Shown in pieces: positions 47,910 through 61,585 of a DNA stretch of 64,000 nt (positions are counted from its first letter, which is position 1; each line of letters opens with the position of its first letter). This DNA comes from Azolla caroliniana (taxonomy: Eukaryota; Plantae; Polypodiophyta): NCBI GenBank assembly GCA_043228905.1, contig JBHGNT010000018.1:7750001-7814000 (forward strand), given 5' to 3'. Under the pieces are notes generated by a model, which saw nothing but the letters and a program-made list of their open reading frames with translations, made no database searches and had not been told where the DNA came from. The position numbers and the translations under genes were made by a program.

Positions 47910-50900
47910 GGAAAAAGATTATGTACGGAAGCAATAGAAAACCAAACACACAGAAAATACGCAGGTTTAATGGAGAGCTTGAGTATGCACAATACGCGGG
48001 AGAGAACAAAGAAGAAATTCAATTCAAAAAATACTAACACTTACTTTACATCGTGCTCAGTGAGCACCTTTTATACAAGCCCTGACAATGGGCTGACACA
48101 TGTACTGACAGTACTTGACTGCTCATAAATGAGCCTCGACACTTACTCCCAAAACTATTCCTTACGGGGTATATCTTTCTAACGACGTTTCAATTTACGC
48201 ACCGATATGGCCTCTCGTTACGCACCGGTTTGCGTATCCGTTTTATGCACCGGTCCGGCCTAACCGATCGGTCCCAACCGATCCAGTTCTCGGTTTGCAC
48301 AGCCGATCCGGTCAATGTTGAGCTTGTATCTCAACACTCCCCCTCGAGCTCAACTTGAGGTTCCATCCGCTCTTCCGGATCTATGTTCTGGTTCTTCCTT
48401 GCTTGCGCTCCTCGACCCGTTCGATTCCGGGCGCCTCGACCCTTTCGGTCGGCTTGTCTACTCACACGGCCCTTCTCAGCTTCCTTGTTGTTGCGGTGTT
48501 GGCACCTCTTCTGCTGCCTTCTCTTCCGCTTGACCCTCGGTTGATTCAACGTATCCGAATCAAACACCCAAACCAACTCGGCTTCCTCCAATCGGTTTTC
48601 GCTCTACTTCGAGTTGATATTTTCCAACTCGTCTTCGGTTTTCTCGCCCTTGATGGCGTCGTCTCGTCCACGCTTGGTTGGCTTCGGCTCTTCCTTTCGA
48701 CTGCTCCCCTTATGTCTGCTTTCGGACTCTTCCGGGGATCCGCCCTCGGTTTCTTCGGCCGATCCGAAATAGAATTCGTCATCTGACTCGGCGTCGCGGT
48801 CTTCTCTCCCCCTTCCGTGGTCATTCGGGACATCTCTCCCCCTCAAATTCGGCACGTCGAGATGACGCAACCCAAGTGCACCCGAGAATTGTCGAAACTT
48901 GTCTAGACCAAGAGGCTTGGTGAAGATGTCGGCGGTCTGTCGATCTGTCGGAACATACTGAAGTTTGACTTCACTGGACAGAACACGCTCACGGACGAAA
49001 TGGTAGTGCACCTCAATATGCTTAGTGCGGGCGTGGAAAACGGGGTTCTTGGCGAGTTGGATGCTGCTAAGGTTGTCGTAGTAGATAGTCGTTGGATCGG
49101 ACACTTCCTCCTGTAGATCCTTAAGTAGCCGTTTCAACCATATGGTTTCGCATGTCGCGACAACCGCTCCTCTATACTCGGCTTCGGTGCTCGACAGCGC
49201 AACTATTGGCTCCTTCTTGCTACTCCACGTCATCGCGGCACTCCCGAGAGAGAACGCAAAACTGGACGTGGATCGGCAATCGATGACGTTGCCGGCCCAG
49301 TCGGCATTGGTGTAGTCGACCAACTGTGGGGCTGTATTGGACCGATATAGTAGCCCCCGGTCCTTATTGCCACTTATGTACCAGAGTACGCGTCGTGTGC
49401 ATTGAAGGTGTTCCTCAGTCGGTCGCGCCATGAACTGACTAATCACCCCGACTGAGTGGCCGAGATCTGGTCGGGTGATGGTCAACTATATAAGGCTGCC
49501 AACTATCTGTCAGAACCTCGTCGGGTCGCATACCTTTCCGGACTAAGGGCGAAGCTTGACGGTTCTATCCAGAGGAGTTGAGACGAACTTACAGTCTGCC
49601 ATCCTGAATTTGAAGAGCATATTCAGCGCGTAATGACATTGGTTGATGAGTATGCCTTCGGGGGTACGGATCACTTTGATCTCGAGGAAGTAATGAAGGT
49701 CCCCCAGATCCTTCATGTCGAATGATGCCGCGAGCTGGAGCTTCACGTGGTCAATCTCACCTAGGTCGGCGCCGGTGATGACCAAGTCATCAACATAAAA
49801 GTAAAATACTAACCGGCCCGAGTCGACCTTCCCGGATGAACAGTGAGGAGTCTGATATCGACGTCGTAAAACCCATCCGACGCAATCGTTCCGTGATTTT
49901 TGCGTTCTAGGCACGCGGGGCTTGCTTTAGTCCGTAAACGGACTTCTTCAATCGGCACACCGCCGAAGTGTTCATTCCGGAGTGAAATTTGGGAGGCTGT
50001 ACCATGTACACCCGTTCCTCAAGTTCACCTTGCAGGAACACATTCTTTACATCCATCTGATGTAACTGCCACCCCTTTGTAGCAGCTACCGCGAGCAAAA
50101 CACGGATGGTCGTCATCTTCGCGACTGGCGCAAATGTCTCATCGTAATCGATGCCGTGTTTCTGCGCGTAGCCTTTCGCAACTAACTGGGTCTTGTATCG
50201 GTTGACCGAGCCGTCGATGTTGTACTTGACCTTTTACACCCACCTACATACGATCGGCTTCACACGTTTCGGTGCGTTAACCAGGTCCCAGGTTTCATTT
50301 TCCGCCAACGCGTGCATCTCTTCCTCCATCGCGGGATGCTAGTTCGTGCCTTTTTGCCTCTTCTGCGTAGCTCTCTGGCTCACGCACTTCCGCCACTCGC
50401 GTCATGTACGCGTAATGGTGCGCCATGTACTCATTATAACCGAACCGCACAACAAGGTTGTTCTGGTGGGTTGATTGGCGTAATTGCTCATTAGCCGATG
50501 TTGAGGCATTCTTGGCCGACGCGGACTTCGGTCTCGAAGGCCCGTCGTCACTTCCATCGGAGTTGGACTCACGTCGATTTGACTCGTTTCAATCTGTGCT
50601 GTAATCCGACACCTTCTTCTTCCCTTTTTCTTTGCGCGTAAGCCGTCTCCTCGGTTACCTGCGCGGGGAATGCACGGCCGAGTCTCCACTACTCGCCGGT
50701 TCTTCATCGGATTAGTCGAACCGACTCAGTTGTCCATGCGGTCTGCTTAAGCGAACCAAAATCGGACTCTCTTCACGGGTTCCGATTTCAGGCTCATCTA
50801 GAGGCACCTCAGCCTCACTGACCTCATCATCAGAACTCGGATTGCAGGTGAGGTCCGGAGTCGGAGGCAAGTACCAGGATGCGGACTCGTCAAACACAAC

Positions 50901-53623
50901 GTCACAGCTCACGCGCGCTTGTTTCGTGTGTGGGTTATAACACTTATAACCCTTCTGCTCGTCCGAATAGCCGACCAAGATACTCTTCTCGGCTTTCGCG
51001 TCTAGCTTCCTCCGTTTCTCCTTTGGCACATGCACATATGCAATGCTACCGAGAACTCTCAAGTGTCGCAGATAGGGCTTCCTACCGAAATACTGCTCAT
51101 GCGCCGACACATTTTCTCCAATCCAATTATGGATGTATACCACGGTTTGTACTGCCTCGGCCTAATAGAACTTGGGCAAGCTCTTTTCTTCTAGCATTGC
51201 CCGCGCCACTTCCACAATCGACCAATTCTTCCTCTCAGCCACGCCATTTTGCTCCAGCGTGTATCTACAACTGAATTCGCACCGAATTCCCATCTGCTGT
51301 AGATACCGGTTGAATTGACCAGAAAAGTACTCTTTTCCGCCATCCGACCACAGGCACTTGATCTTTTGTCCTGTTTCCGTTTCCATGAACCCTTTAAGGT
51401 CCTGGAAACAGTCGAAGACTTCACTCTTCTTCTCAATAAGGTAGATCCACGTGTGCTGCGTATAGTCCTTGATGAAGGAGACGAAATATTGACTCCCGCC
51501 AAGACTAACGTTCTGTGTCGGCCCCAATACATCGGAATGTATCAAGTCGAGCTTGTTTCGGCTCCAGTTATGCTCGTTAGGGAAGGGAAGTCAGTGTTGC
51601 TTTCGGCCACTAAATCTGGGCAATCCAAACACCACCTGTTTTGATTGCAGGTCATGAAGCCGTTGATAGTTGACGTGGCATATCCGCTTGTGCCATAAGT
51701 CGATGTCCGACTCGACTTTTTGTCCTTTCGCGAACATTGTGGTGCCACCGTCACTAGAGTCGAGGATAAACATCCTCCCGTCTCTACGCCCTTGCGCAAT
51801 AACTCGGCCTTCTTCCTCGATGAAGCACCCGAGATGCGTGAACCGGACCTGCATCCCCTGGTCGACGATCTGCCCGACTGACACCAGATTCTTCGTGATT
51901 GTTGGGATGTGTATCACGTTCATAAGTTTCCCTTTCTGCCCGACATGGCTCAACAGAACTTCACTGACATTCGCGATCGGATGCGGAGTGTCGTCTTCGG
52001 TTGCGACTAGTCCTGGTTGCATCGGTTTTTCTAGGTACGAGAACCACTCCTTGTGCCACGTCATGTGGTTTGACGCACCGGAGTCGATGTACCACACCTC
52101 CCCCGACTTCGGGGTGATCTTCTTCATCGAGTTTGCTTCATGTCTCGTCACGAAGACTAACCCATTTTTTGCTTCTTCGGATCCTTCGGCGTAGTGCGAA
52201 CGTTGCCGATTTCCTTTGTTGGTATGTCCGGAACCTGATACAAACCCAGTTCTCTCCGAATCGGCACGCTTTTTCCAGCACTCGCTCTCCCTATGGCCAT
52301 TCTTGCCACAGTACCAGCATTCCGCGACGGATTTCCCTTGCCGGTTCTCATCGCCTCGACTCCCCCTGTTTCCGGAGGGTCCGGAATTGCTGTCGGCATG
52401 ACTTCAGTGCCTTCTTCCTTGATCCCGTCGACCGCCTCCATTGTGCACTCAACTCACCTTGTCTGCCACGACCACGGGGCCTATCTCCCTTCGTGTACAT
52501 CATCTTGCTATCGGCATATGTGCTCGTCGACGCACCCACGTGGTTCTCCTCTATAAGGAGAATCGACTGTAAGTCGAAAAACGATGGCGTATTCTCCCGT
52601 GTACATCAGCAGTTCGGAATGCTCCGAACTTCGATGCCAGTCCCCTGAGACCGATTTGCACCATCTCGCCTTCCTCGACGTTCACATCGATGGAGGCTAA
52701 GGAATTGCATATATCTTTGATCTTCAAGGTGTAATCGGCCACTGACAAGTCGCGTTGTCGTAGGGTGCTCAGCTCCTGCCGGAGTTCAAGCTTCTTGGTT
52801 GTAGTGCTTGCCGCGAAAATCTTCCTCAGATTTCCCCAAGCATCCTTCAGCATTTTCGCATCCTGAATGTAGCTTAAGAGTTGTTCGCCCACACAAGACA
52901 CGAAGCAGTACAATACTCTCCTCGCCGACTGTTCCCAAGTCGGGAAGTCTTTGTGTGTTGACTCGGGTGTTGTCTCATTTGCTCCATCGACATAGCTTCA
53001 GTAACCATGTTCGAGCAGGTACTAGTGCATCTTGTAAGACCAAGACGCGTAGTTGTTTCTGTCGAGCTTCTCTGTTGGAAGTGAGCTAGCCATGCCTCCA
53101 TCCATCGGTTTTGCCTGTTCTTCTTGGTTGTTTTTTCTTTCCAGCTATGTCGGCTGTAGAGGTTCTCAACCCTCGCGCTCTGATACCATGAAAAAGATTA
53201 TGTGCGGAAGCAATAGAAAACCAAACACACAGAAAATATGCAGGTTTAATGGAGAGCTTGAGTATGCACAGTACGCGGGAGAGACAAACAGAACACACAA
53301 GAAATTCAATTCAAAAAATAGTAACACTTACTTTACATCATGCTCAGTGAGCACCTTTTATACAAGCCCTGACAATGGGCTGACACAAGTACTGATAGTA
53401 CTTGACTGCTCATAAATGAGCCTCGACACTTACTCCCAAAACTATTCCTTACGAGGAATATATCTCTAACGGCCTTTCGGTTTACGCACCGATACGGCCT
53501 CTCGTTATGCACCGGTTTGCGTATCCGTTTTACGCACTGGTCTGGCCTAACTGATCGGTTCCAACCGATCCGGTTCTCGGTTTGCACAGCCGATCCAATC
53601 AATGTTGAGCTTGTATCTCAACA
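47910..53623 (-). mobile_element. copia H, full-length, extension-bearing family
   Basis: LTRs 47910-48336 and 53189-53623. PBS 53177-53188; PPT 48337-48344. TSD GCCGG/GCCAG (1 mismatch). All domains present but frameshifted. Confidence 0.93.
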
Positions 53624-53642
53624 GCCAGTTTTCTTCACGACA

Positions 53643-55220
53643 ACGGTTTCGACAAATTGTCGGAAGCCTCATCTATTTGACGATTACTCGGCCAGATCTT
53701 AGCTACCCGGTCGGCTTAATCAATCAATTTTTGTCGTAGCCTACGGCCGAACACTTTCAGTGCGTGCAAAGGATATTGCGATATGTAAGTGGCACGAAAG
53801 ACGTGGCGTTGCTATATTGAGCAAGCATAGCTGAACAGTGAGTTGGCTACACAGATGCCGATTGGGCCGGAAATGCCCACGATTGTAGATCCACATCTGG
53901 ATACGCATTCTCACTGGGAAGTGTGGCGATCGCGTGGAGCAGCAGAAAGTAGCCGACAGTGGCATTGTCGAGCACGGAGGCCGAATATCGAGGGGCGACT
54001 GTTGTTACGTGTGAAGTCATTTGGCTGAAACGGCTATTACGGGATCTACATGTAGAGGTGTCTGATCCAACGACGATCTATTGCGATAACCTCAGCTATA
54101 TCCACCTTGCGAAGAACCCCATATTTCACGCCCAGACCAAACACATTGAGGTGCACTACCATTTTGTCCGTGAGTGGGTCCTTTCAGGTTAAGTCGAACT
54201 AGCGTATGTTCCGACGGATTGCTAGGTTCTTGACATCTTCACCAAGCCTCTTGGTCTCGACAAGTTATGACATTTCTCGGGTGAGCTAGGGTTGCGTCAC
54301 CTCAACACGCTGAACTTGAGGGGAAGAAAGGAACAATAGGAAGAAGAACATGAAAGGAGAGGAGGTGTTCATCACGGCGGAAGTGACCGTGAACCGGACG
54401 AAGAATTCGATTTCGAACCGGCGGAAGAAGCCGAAGAAAGAAGCAAGGGCCGTAATCATAGGAAAGAGTCGAAGACAGCCGAATCAGGGGAAGATAAGGC
54501 CAAGATGAAGATGTGGTCGGAAGTTGTCAAAGGCCTCAAGACTGAAGACAAATTGGAGACAACCAATTTAGATGGAAGCAGAATTGAATCGGAAACGTTC
54601 GATTCAATCGAAATGTTCGATTCGGCTATTATGAATTGACTAAGGGCCAAGTGGAGAAAAGGGCAGCGAAAGACGCGCCAACACCATGACAGCAAGGGAG
54701 CTGAGTTGGGCCAAATGAGCAGACAGGCCTACCAGAAGGGTCAAAGCACGCGGAATCAAACGGGTCGAGGAGCGCGAGCGAGGCATGCAGCCCGAAGGAA
54801 CCGGAGCGTAGATCCAGACGAGCGGACGGAACCTCAAGTTGAGCTTGAGGGGGAGTGTTGAGAGACAAGCTCAACATTTGGTGCGTAATTGGGTGCGTAA
54901 CCTAGTGTGTAAATTGGGTGCGTAAAACCGTGCCCACAATAGGCCGTAACGGTGTGTAAATCGAGAGGCCGTTAGGAAGTTATTGCTCGTAAGGAATAAT
55001 TTTGGGAGTGTGTGTAGTTGGCTCATTTATCAGAAGTCAAGTACTATTAGTACTTGTGTCAACCCAATTGTACAGACTAAGAATTATTTTGAATAAAGTT
55101 GTGTGTCTGCTCTCTCTTTGTCTTTCCCTCTCTATTTCCATCTCTGTGTTTTTTGCGTTTACCGAACACGCTTCCGCACATGTGTTTACGCACACGCTTC
55201 TCCACACGTATTCTTTTACA
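53643..55220 (+). mobile_element. copia I 3' part (RT end, RNase H, extension, PPT, LTR 54856-55220)
   Basis: RFRQIVGSLIYLT and ALSSTEAEYRG motifs; GAGGGGGAG then TGTTGAG. Confidence 0.88.
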
Positions 55221-58087
55221 TTCTTCTTTGGTCGGTTCAGTTTCCTATCTGTATCTGGTCGGTTTGTCGAGTGTCATCCGGTTACCGGCCAACATCCGGT
55301 TTTCAACCGGGTAGGTCCTTGTGTCCTCAAACTGGTTTTCATTGGATGATCCGAAGTTGATCATCTTCTTCTCCGACTCTCAGTCGGCAATGGTCCTGTC
55401 TTCCATGAAGACTATGTCCCGACTCCGGAACACCTTCTTGTCGACCAAATACCACACCCAGTAACCGAACTCATCATTGTCGTATCCAATGAATATGCAT
55501 GCCCTAGATTTCGGATCCAGCTTTGCTCTCTTGTCCTTTGCCACATGCGCGTATGCGAGACACCAGAACACCTTCAGATGCCGGTAAGACACATCATTAC
55601 TGGTCCATACTTTCTGAGGTGAGTCTCCTCCCAAGGGTATTGAGGGTCATTTGTTTATCACATAGGTCGTTGTCGTCAGCGCCTGAGCCCAAAACGTCTT
55701 GGGTAATTTTTCATGTGCTAGCATGCTCTGGACTCTCTCCATTATGATCCGTTTCACCCTTTCGGCCAGCCTGTTTAGTTCCAGCGTGTTCGGCACAATA
55801 AACTCGAGCCGGATTCCCTTCGACCGACAGTACTCCTCAAATTGTCCCTGGTATTCTCCTCTGTTATCTGCTCGAACCGCCTTCAGCTTCTGGCCGGTTT
55901 CTCTTTCCACTCTCGTGTGGAGCTCCTTGAAGACGGATAGCACCTGATCCTTTGTCTTTAGTAGTGAGACCCATAGCTTCCGTCTGTGGTCGTCTATGAA
56001 CATCACGAAGTACTGCGATCCAGCATGTGACTTTGTGTCCACTTGACACACATTGATATGCACTAGCTCAAGTGGTGCATTCTGTCTCATCAATGGTCTT
56101 GACCAGAAGGAGGTTCGGTTTTGCTTACTGGTCAGGCAGTTGGTGCCCTTCTCAAGATGCATGTCCTTCATCGGAATGAGATTGTCTTCTGCAAACTTTC
56201 TCATCCCCTTCTCGCTCATGTGACACAATCTCTTGTGCCAGAACTCACCGGAAGTGTCGGAAGCAACTTTCACTTCTTCTTCCCGTCATAACCGGGTGTT
56301 CATCAGGTACAATGTGTTGACTTTACGGGCCCGAGCCACTATTAGGCTCCCCTTGCTGAACTTCATGACTCCGTTCCGGATGCTACCCGTGTAGCCTTCA
56401 TCATCTAGCCAACCGGCTGATATTAGGTTCAATCAAACCTCCGGAATGTGTCGGACATCCTTTAATAGCAACTTGCATCCGGTTGGTGTTGTCAAACAAA
56501 CGTTTCCCATGCCGACAATTCGACATGTACCTTCATTCCCCATTCAGACACGGCCGTGCTCACCGACTGTGTAGGATGAGAAGCATTTCCGGTCCTGGGT
56601 ACGGTGGAACGACACTCCGGAATCGACAACCCACGTTGTCTCGTCGCCGGCAAGGTTCAACTCACTCTCCTCGGTGATGAGCATTACTTCCTCTTCACTT
56701 GTCGCGATCGTCATCGTTCCCTTCTGGTCTGGGCCTCGCCGATCCGAACCATTTGGGTCCGGTGACTTCTTCAAATCGGTACTGTCGGTTCCCTTGTCTT
56801 TTTGGAAATGCCGATAGTTCTTCTAGAAGTTCCCCAACTTGCCGCAATAGAAGCAAGTGGGCCTCCCCCTTGACTTTGATCGTGTCCCTGACTTTTCCTG
56901 GTTCTGGGGACTTCGAATCCTTTGTCTTCCGCGTTTCGATTTGGTAAGGAGGGCCTTGGCATTGGAGATCACCTCCGTGTCTTTCCCACGCGCCTCCTCA
57001 TCTAGCAAGCTCGACTTGACTCTTGCTAGGTAAAGTTGTTTTCCTTCCGGCCCGACGTTGCCCACCGTGACAACTAACGTCTCCCAGCTATCGGGGAGGG
57101 AACCGAGCAGGAGTAGAGAAAGTACCTCATGAGCGAGAGGTACCTCCAACGAGGTTGCCTGATGTATCATTCCTTGGAAGGCATTCATGTGCTCTGCCAT
57201 ACTGTAGACGTCTTGGTACCGGAGCCTCACTAGCTTCCGGAATACCGGAACCCGGTTAGCAGCATTCTTGTTCTGGAACATGATGCCGATCTTCTCTTCA
57301 TTGAAGTTGTTGTACAGGCTCATGTCGATGAAGCACCGAATGTATGTCATCGTCTTGATGTGCATCACCTCCCACAATGTGGCGTCGATCTTATCCGGTC
57401 TCTTGTCCCTGAACTGAATCAGCAACCAAAGATCTTTAACCACCAGCATGTCCCTCATCTTCGACTTCCACACTGAGTAGTTGGAGCCGGTGAGCTTGAA
57501 CATGCCCCCAAACGATTCTTCCATTTCTTGTGTTGTTCGCTCTCATACCAAATTGTAGAGAATAGCATGGAATATTGCTCGGCCACAACCGAGTCTTGAA
57601 CACTTCACTAGGAACGAAACACAGAAATGGAATAAGAGAGAGTACACAAGGAAATACATAGGATGTTTACGTGGAAAACCCCTAATGGGAAAAACTACGG
57701 GAGCCCACAGACTCCAACTATCATTGTATGAGAAAGGTACACTCAAAGCCTCGGAGGCAACGACCTCGACCTCTGTATCTACGCCAGCCGGCGGTTACAA
57801 TAGAGTATTTCTCTATATCTTACACACACACTCTCTCTCTCTATCGCTCTCTATACAACAGTTACAACAATATGAAAACATCTACTACTAAATGTTTGCC
57901 CTAGGTCATATTTATACTAATATTCCTTTAGGACTATTTACAAATATAGCCTCCATGGGCTTACTAAAAAACATATTTACAAATGTCCTCTACATCCGGT
58001 TCTCATCGGGTCTTCTACATCCGGTTCTCACTGGGTTCTCATCATCCGGTTCTCAAGTTCCCATCTGGAGGGGCCAAAATCCCAACA
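55221..58087 (-). mobile_element. Tork-like copia J 5' half (LTR 57554-58087, gag, PR, IN)
   Basis: Mutated PBS 57539-57550; gag ORF 56823-57524; integrase ORF 55647-56273. Confidence 0.88.
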
Positions 58088-58124
58088 CATTCTTACTCAT
58101 TGTCATCAACTTCCCCATCTCTCT

Positions 58125-59841
58125 AAAGGACGTATGACACGTTCCTAAGGTTCGGTTGAACCTTATATCAGCCGGTTGGCTAGATGATGAAGGCTACACG
58201 AGTAGCATCTGGAACGGAGTCATGAAGTTCAGAAAAGGAAACCTAATCGTGGCTCGAGCCCAGAAGATCAACACATTGTACCTTATGCATGCCCGGATAT
58301 GCCAGGAAGAAGTGAACGTGGCATCTGATAATGCCGGTGAGTTGTGGCACAAGAGGTTGTGTCACATGAGCCAAAAAGGGATGAGAAGACTTGCCAAAGA
58401 TAACCTCATTCCAGAGGTGAAGGATGTGTAGCTTGAGAAGTGCACCAATTGCTTGGCCGGCAAGAAAAACCGAACCTCTTTCCAGTTGAGACCACCGACG
58501 AGACGGAATGCACCATTGGAACTTCTGCATACCGATGTATGCCAAGTGGACACGAAGTCACATGCTGGATCGCGTTACTTCGTGACGTTCATAGACAACC
58601 CCATCTGGAAGCTGTGGGTCTCACCGCTAAAGAAGAAGGACCAAGTATTATCCATCTTCAAGGACACTTCCACGTGAGAGTGAAAAGGGAAACCGGCCGA
58701 AACATAAAGATGGTTCGAGTGGGCAACAAAGGAGAATACAAGGGGCAGTTTGGGGTGTGTTGTCGGCCAAAGGGAATCTGGCTCAAATTCACCATGCCAA
58801 AGACACCAGAGCTCAACGGATTGGCCGAAAGGATGAACCGAACCGTATGGAGAGAGTCCAATGTATGTTGCCACATGCCAAGTTACTGAAGACATTTTGG
58901 GCTAAGGCGTTGATGATGGCAACGTACATGATAAACACATCATCCTCAGCACCCTTCGACGGGGACACACCATAGAGAGTATGGACCGGTAAAGACATGT
59001 CTTACTGGCATGTGAAGGTGTTCAGTTGTCTTGTCTACATGCATGTTGCAAATGGCAAGAGAGCGAAACTAGCTCCAAAGTCCGGCCATCCATATTCCTT
59101 GGATACGACGATGATGAGTTCGGGTATCGAGTGTGGGACCTAGTCGACAAGAAGGTGTTCCGGAGTCGAGACATAGTCTTCATGGAAGACAAGAACATTA
59201 CCGATTGGGAATCACAGAAGAAGATAGTGGACTCTGGGTCAAGCGACATAGATCAGTCAGAAGAAACAAGGACTCATACGGGCGGAAACTGAATGACACT
59301 CGAAGAACCGGCCAGATTCGGACAAAAAACCGAACCAATCGAAGAAGAAGAATCAAACACCAGAACCAGACAAGACCCTGAAACAGATTCAGATGAAGAA
59401 CAAATGGAGGAACCGGTGATCGAAAATCAAGGATGGAGATATCCTCTTAGAGAGGGAAGGGCCCCCTCGAAGATTTCCAGATGCAGATCATGTCTTAATG
59501 ACCGAAAAGGGGGAGCCGAAAAGCTTCGTGGAAGCAAGGAAAGACATCCACAACTACAGGTGGTTGAGTGCCATGTAGGATGAGATGGATTCCCTGCATA
59601 AGAACCACACATATGAATTGACAAAGCTTCCTAAAGGAAAGAGAGCGCTCCGGAACAAGTGGGTGTACAAACTGAAACCGGGAGACGCCGGAAATCCATC
59701 GAGATACAAAGCTCGGATCGTGGTGAAGGGCTTCCAACAGAAAAAGGTAGTGGATTTCGATGAGATCTTTGCCCCGGTAGAGAAGATGACGTCCATCCAG
59801 ACTGTGTTGAGCGGCATGCATGGACCTCGAGGTCGAGCAAC
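58125..59841 (+). mobile_element. Tork-like copia K fragment (PR end, IN, RT start)
   Basis: LWHKRLCHMS, LLHTDVC and RNKWVYKLK motifs; cut by LTR L at 59842. Confidence 0.85.
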
Positions 59842-61585
59842 TGTCATAATATGGCAAGACTCGAAACCATGACCTTATGCTACATGGGTTGAGCTCTTGA
59901 CCATTAGCCCATACATTGTAATACATAAAATATTATTTTCATTATGTTTTATTATAGAAAATTGATGTATATTCTAGATTTCTCTGGAACATTCTAGAAA
60001 CTTCAGGAGTACTCCTGAGAACACTATAAAAGGAGGCACAAGGCATTATTTCAAACCAAATCGGTTCAACGCCAGTCTTAAGCCTCCTAGCTACTATTGT
60101 ATACTCTCTTCACATAATATATATCTTTTATCATCATTCTCTCACCCTTTCTCTCTCTCTATCTCTCTCTTGCTCACTCTTTCCTTCTCTCGAGAGTTCT
60201 ACACCTCTTTTAGTACTAATTCCTTCTCTGTCTTAATACTGATCCTGATAGTTTGAACCGATTTTTGGCGTCCTCCTTCCGTCTCCTCCTTTCCTCCTCT
60301 TCCTTTTATCTTCTTACATATCCCCTTTTTCCGGTCTTCTTTTCGGTTTCCCACATCTTCTTACCCCTTTCTTCCTTTCATACTAATCCTCTTATCCTCC
60401 CTAGTAAAATGGAAATTGTTAGCACTCAGGAATACCAATCTGTTTTCTCGGAGCTCCATTGCTTAAAGGAGAAATTTGTAGCACTAGAACAAGAAAATCA
60501 CCATTTGTTGGGGGATCTTCAACAAATAGCGCAGGAAAAACAACAACAACACGGGGAGCTGACGTTACGTGTGCAACAACTCGAAGCAACCATTGTAGCA
60601 ATGAAACAACAAGGACCCGGAACACAAGGGATTCATAAAGAACCCAAGATTGGCCTTCCCATGAAATTCGATGGAACGCGATCGTAGTTTACAAGGTTCC
60701 TTAATCAGGAACGACTAGTTATTCAAATGCATCCTTCCCAATATCCCACCGATGCATCACGAGTGGGTTTAGTAGGCACGTTGTTAAGTGGCTCCACGTT
60801 GGCATGGTTCGCTCCGCTGTTAGAAAAAGAATCTCCAGTACTAAACAATTTTTGAAGAATTTATAAGTGAATTTAAAGCCTATTTTGGAGATACTCACAG
60901 CATAAGGACAACAATCAACAAAATCCAACGACTACGTCAAGGTGATCGTCCAACCTCCGCATACACTGCAGATTTTCGTCTACTCGCCTCCGATATCCCC
61001 TGGGATGATCAAGCGTTAATGGAACAATTTCGTTATGGTCTACATAACGATGTCAAAGATTTACTCTTGACCTTTCCCGAAGAACCAAAGTCATTAATAG
61101 AAGCAATCAGTCGCGCAGTGAGATGCGACAATCGCCTCTTCGAACGGCGTTCGGAACGTCAGTTTGAGATGCCAAGGGCAAGATCTGAGCCTACCTATGC
61201 CTCAGTGGTAGCGAAACCTTTTCCGAGGGAGTCATATAATGTGCCTCTAGTAAGTACTCCAACTCCGATGGAAATTGACACCACACGTCGTCGTGGACTG
61301 CTATCACAAGAAGAAAAGCAACAACGTCGAGCAAACCGACTATGTCTTTATTGCGGTGGACCAGGGCATATCGCGGTCAACTGTCCCCATAGGCCAAGAC
61401 GGCAAGTAAACCAAATAGTTGCTAGTTCTTATTGTACTAAACCTAAGTCTATTTCAGTAGGGATATCTGATAGTCCCAATAGTACTAATAGCCCAAAACT
61501 AGCGAAGAAATTTGATGTCCTTAGTCAGTTAGAAGAAGAATTAAACGACTAAGTCCAGCCAAAATAGGAGCCAAAATAGGAACCA
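59842..61585 (+). mobile_element. Tcn1-like chromovirus L 5' part (LTR 59842-60250, self-priming PBS, gag)
   Basis: TATA 60025. PBS 60253-60264 is complementary to 60058-60069. gag has LPMKFDG, PTPMEID and CLYCGGPGHIAVNC. Confidence 0.88.
60409..61552 (+). pseudogene. gag: Ty3/gypsy chromovirus gag with stops and frameshifts
   Basis: ORFs 60253-60687 and 61019-61552 plus an intervening RLRQGDRP..DFRLLA segment. Confidence 0.87.

Noticed and set aside
31191-58087. LTR 31191-31793 and LTR 57554-58087 as two ends of one giant element
   Set aside because: The LTRs are visibly divergent, the flanks differ (CATCT versus CATTC), and element A does not resume after 58087.
61540-61552. -1 frameshift site at the end of chromovirus gag (A TTA AAC)
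   Set aside because: Imperfect heptamer, and the downstream pol is displaced by copia M, so it cannot be evaluated here.
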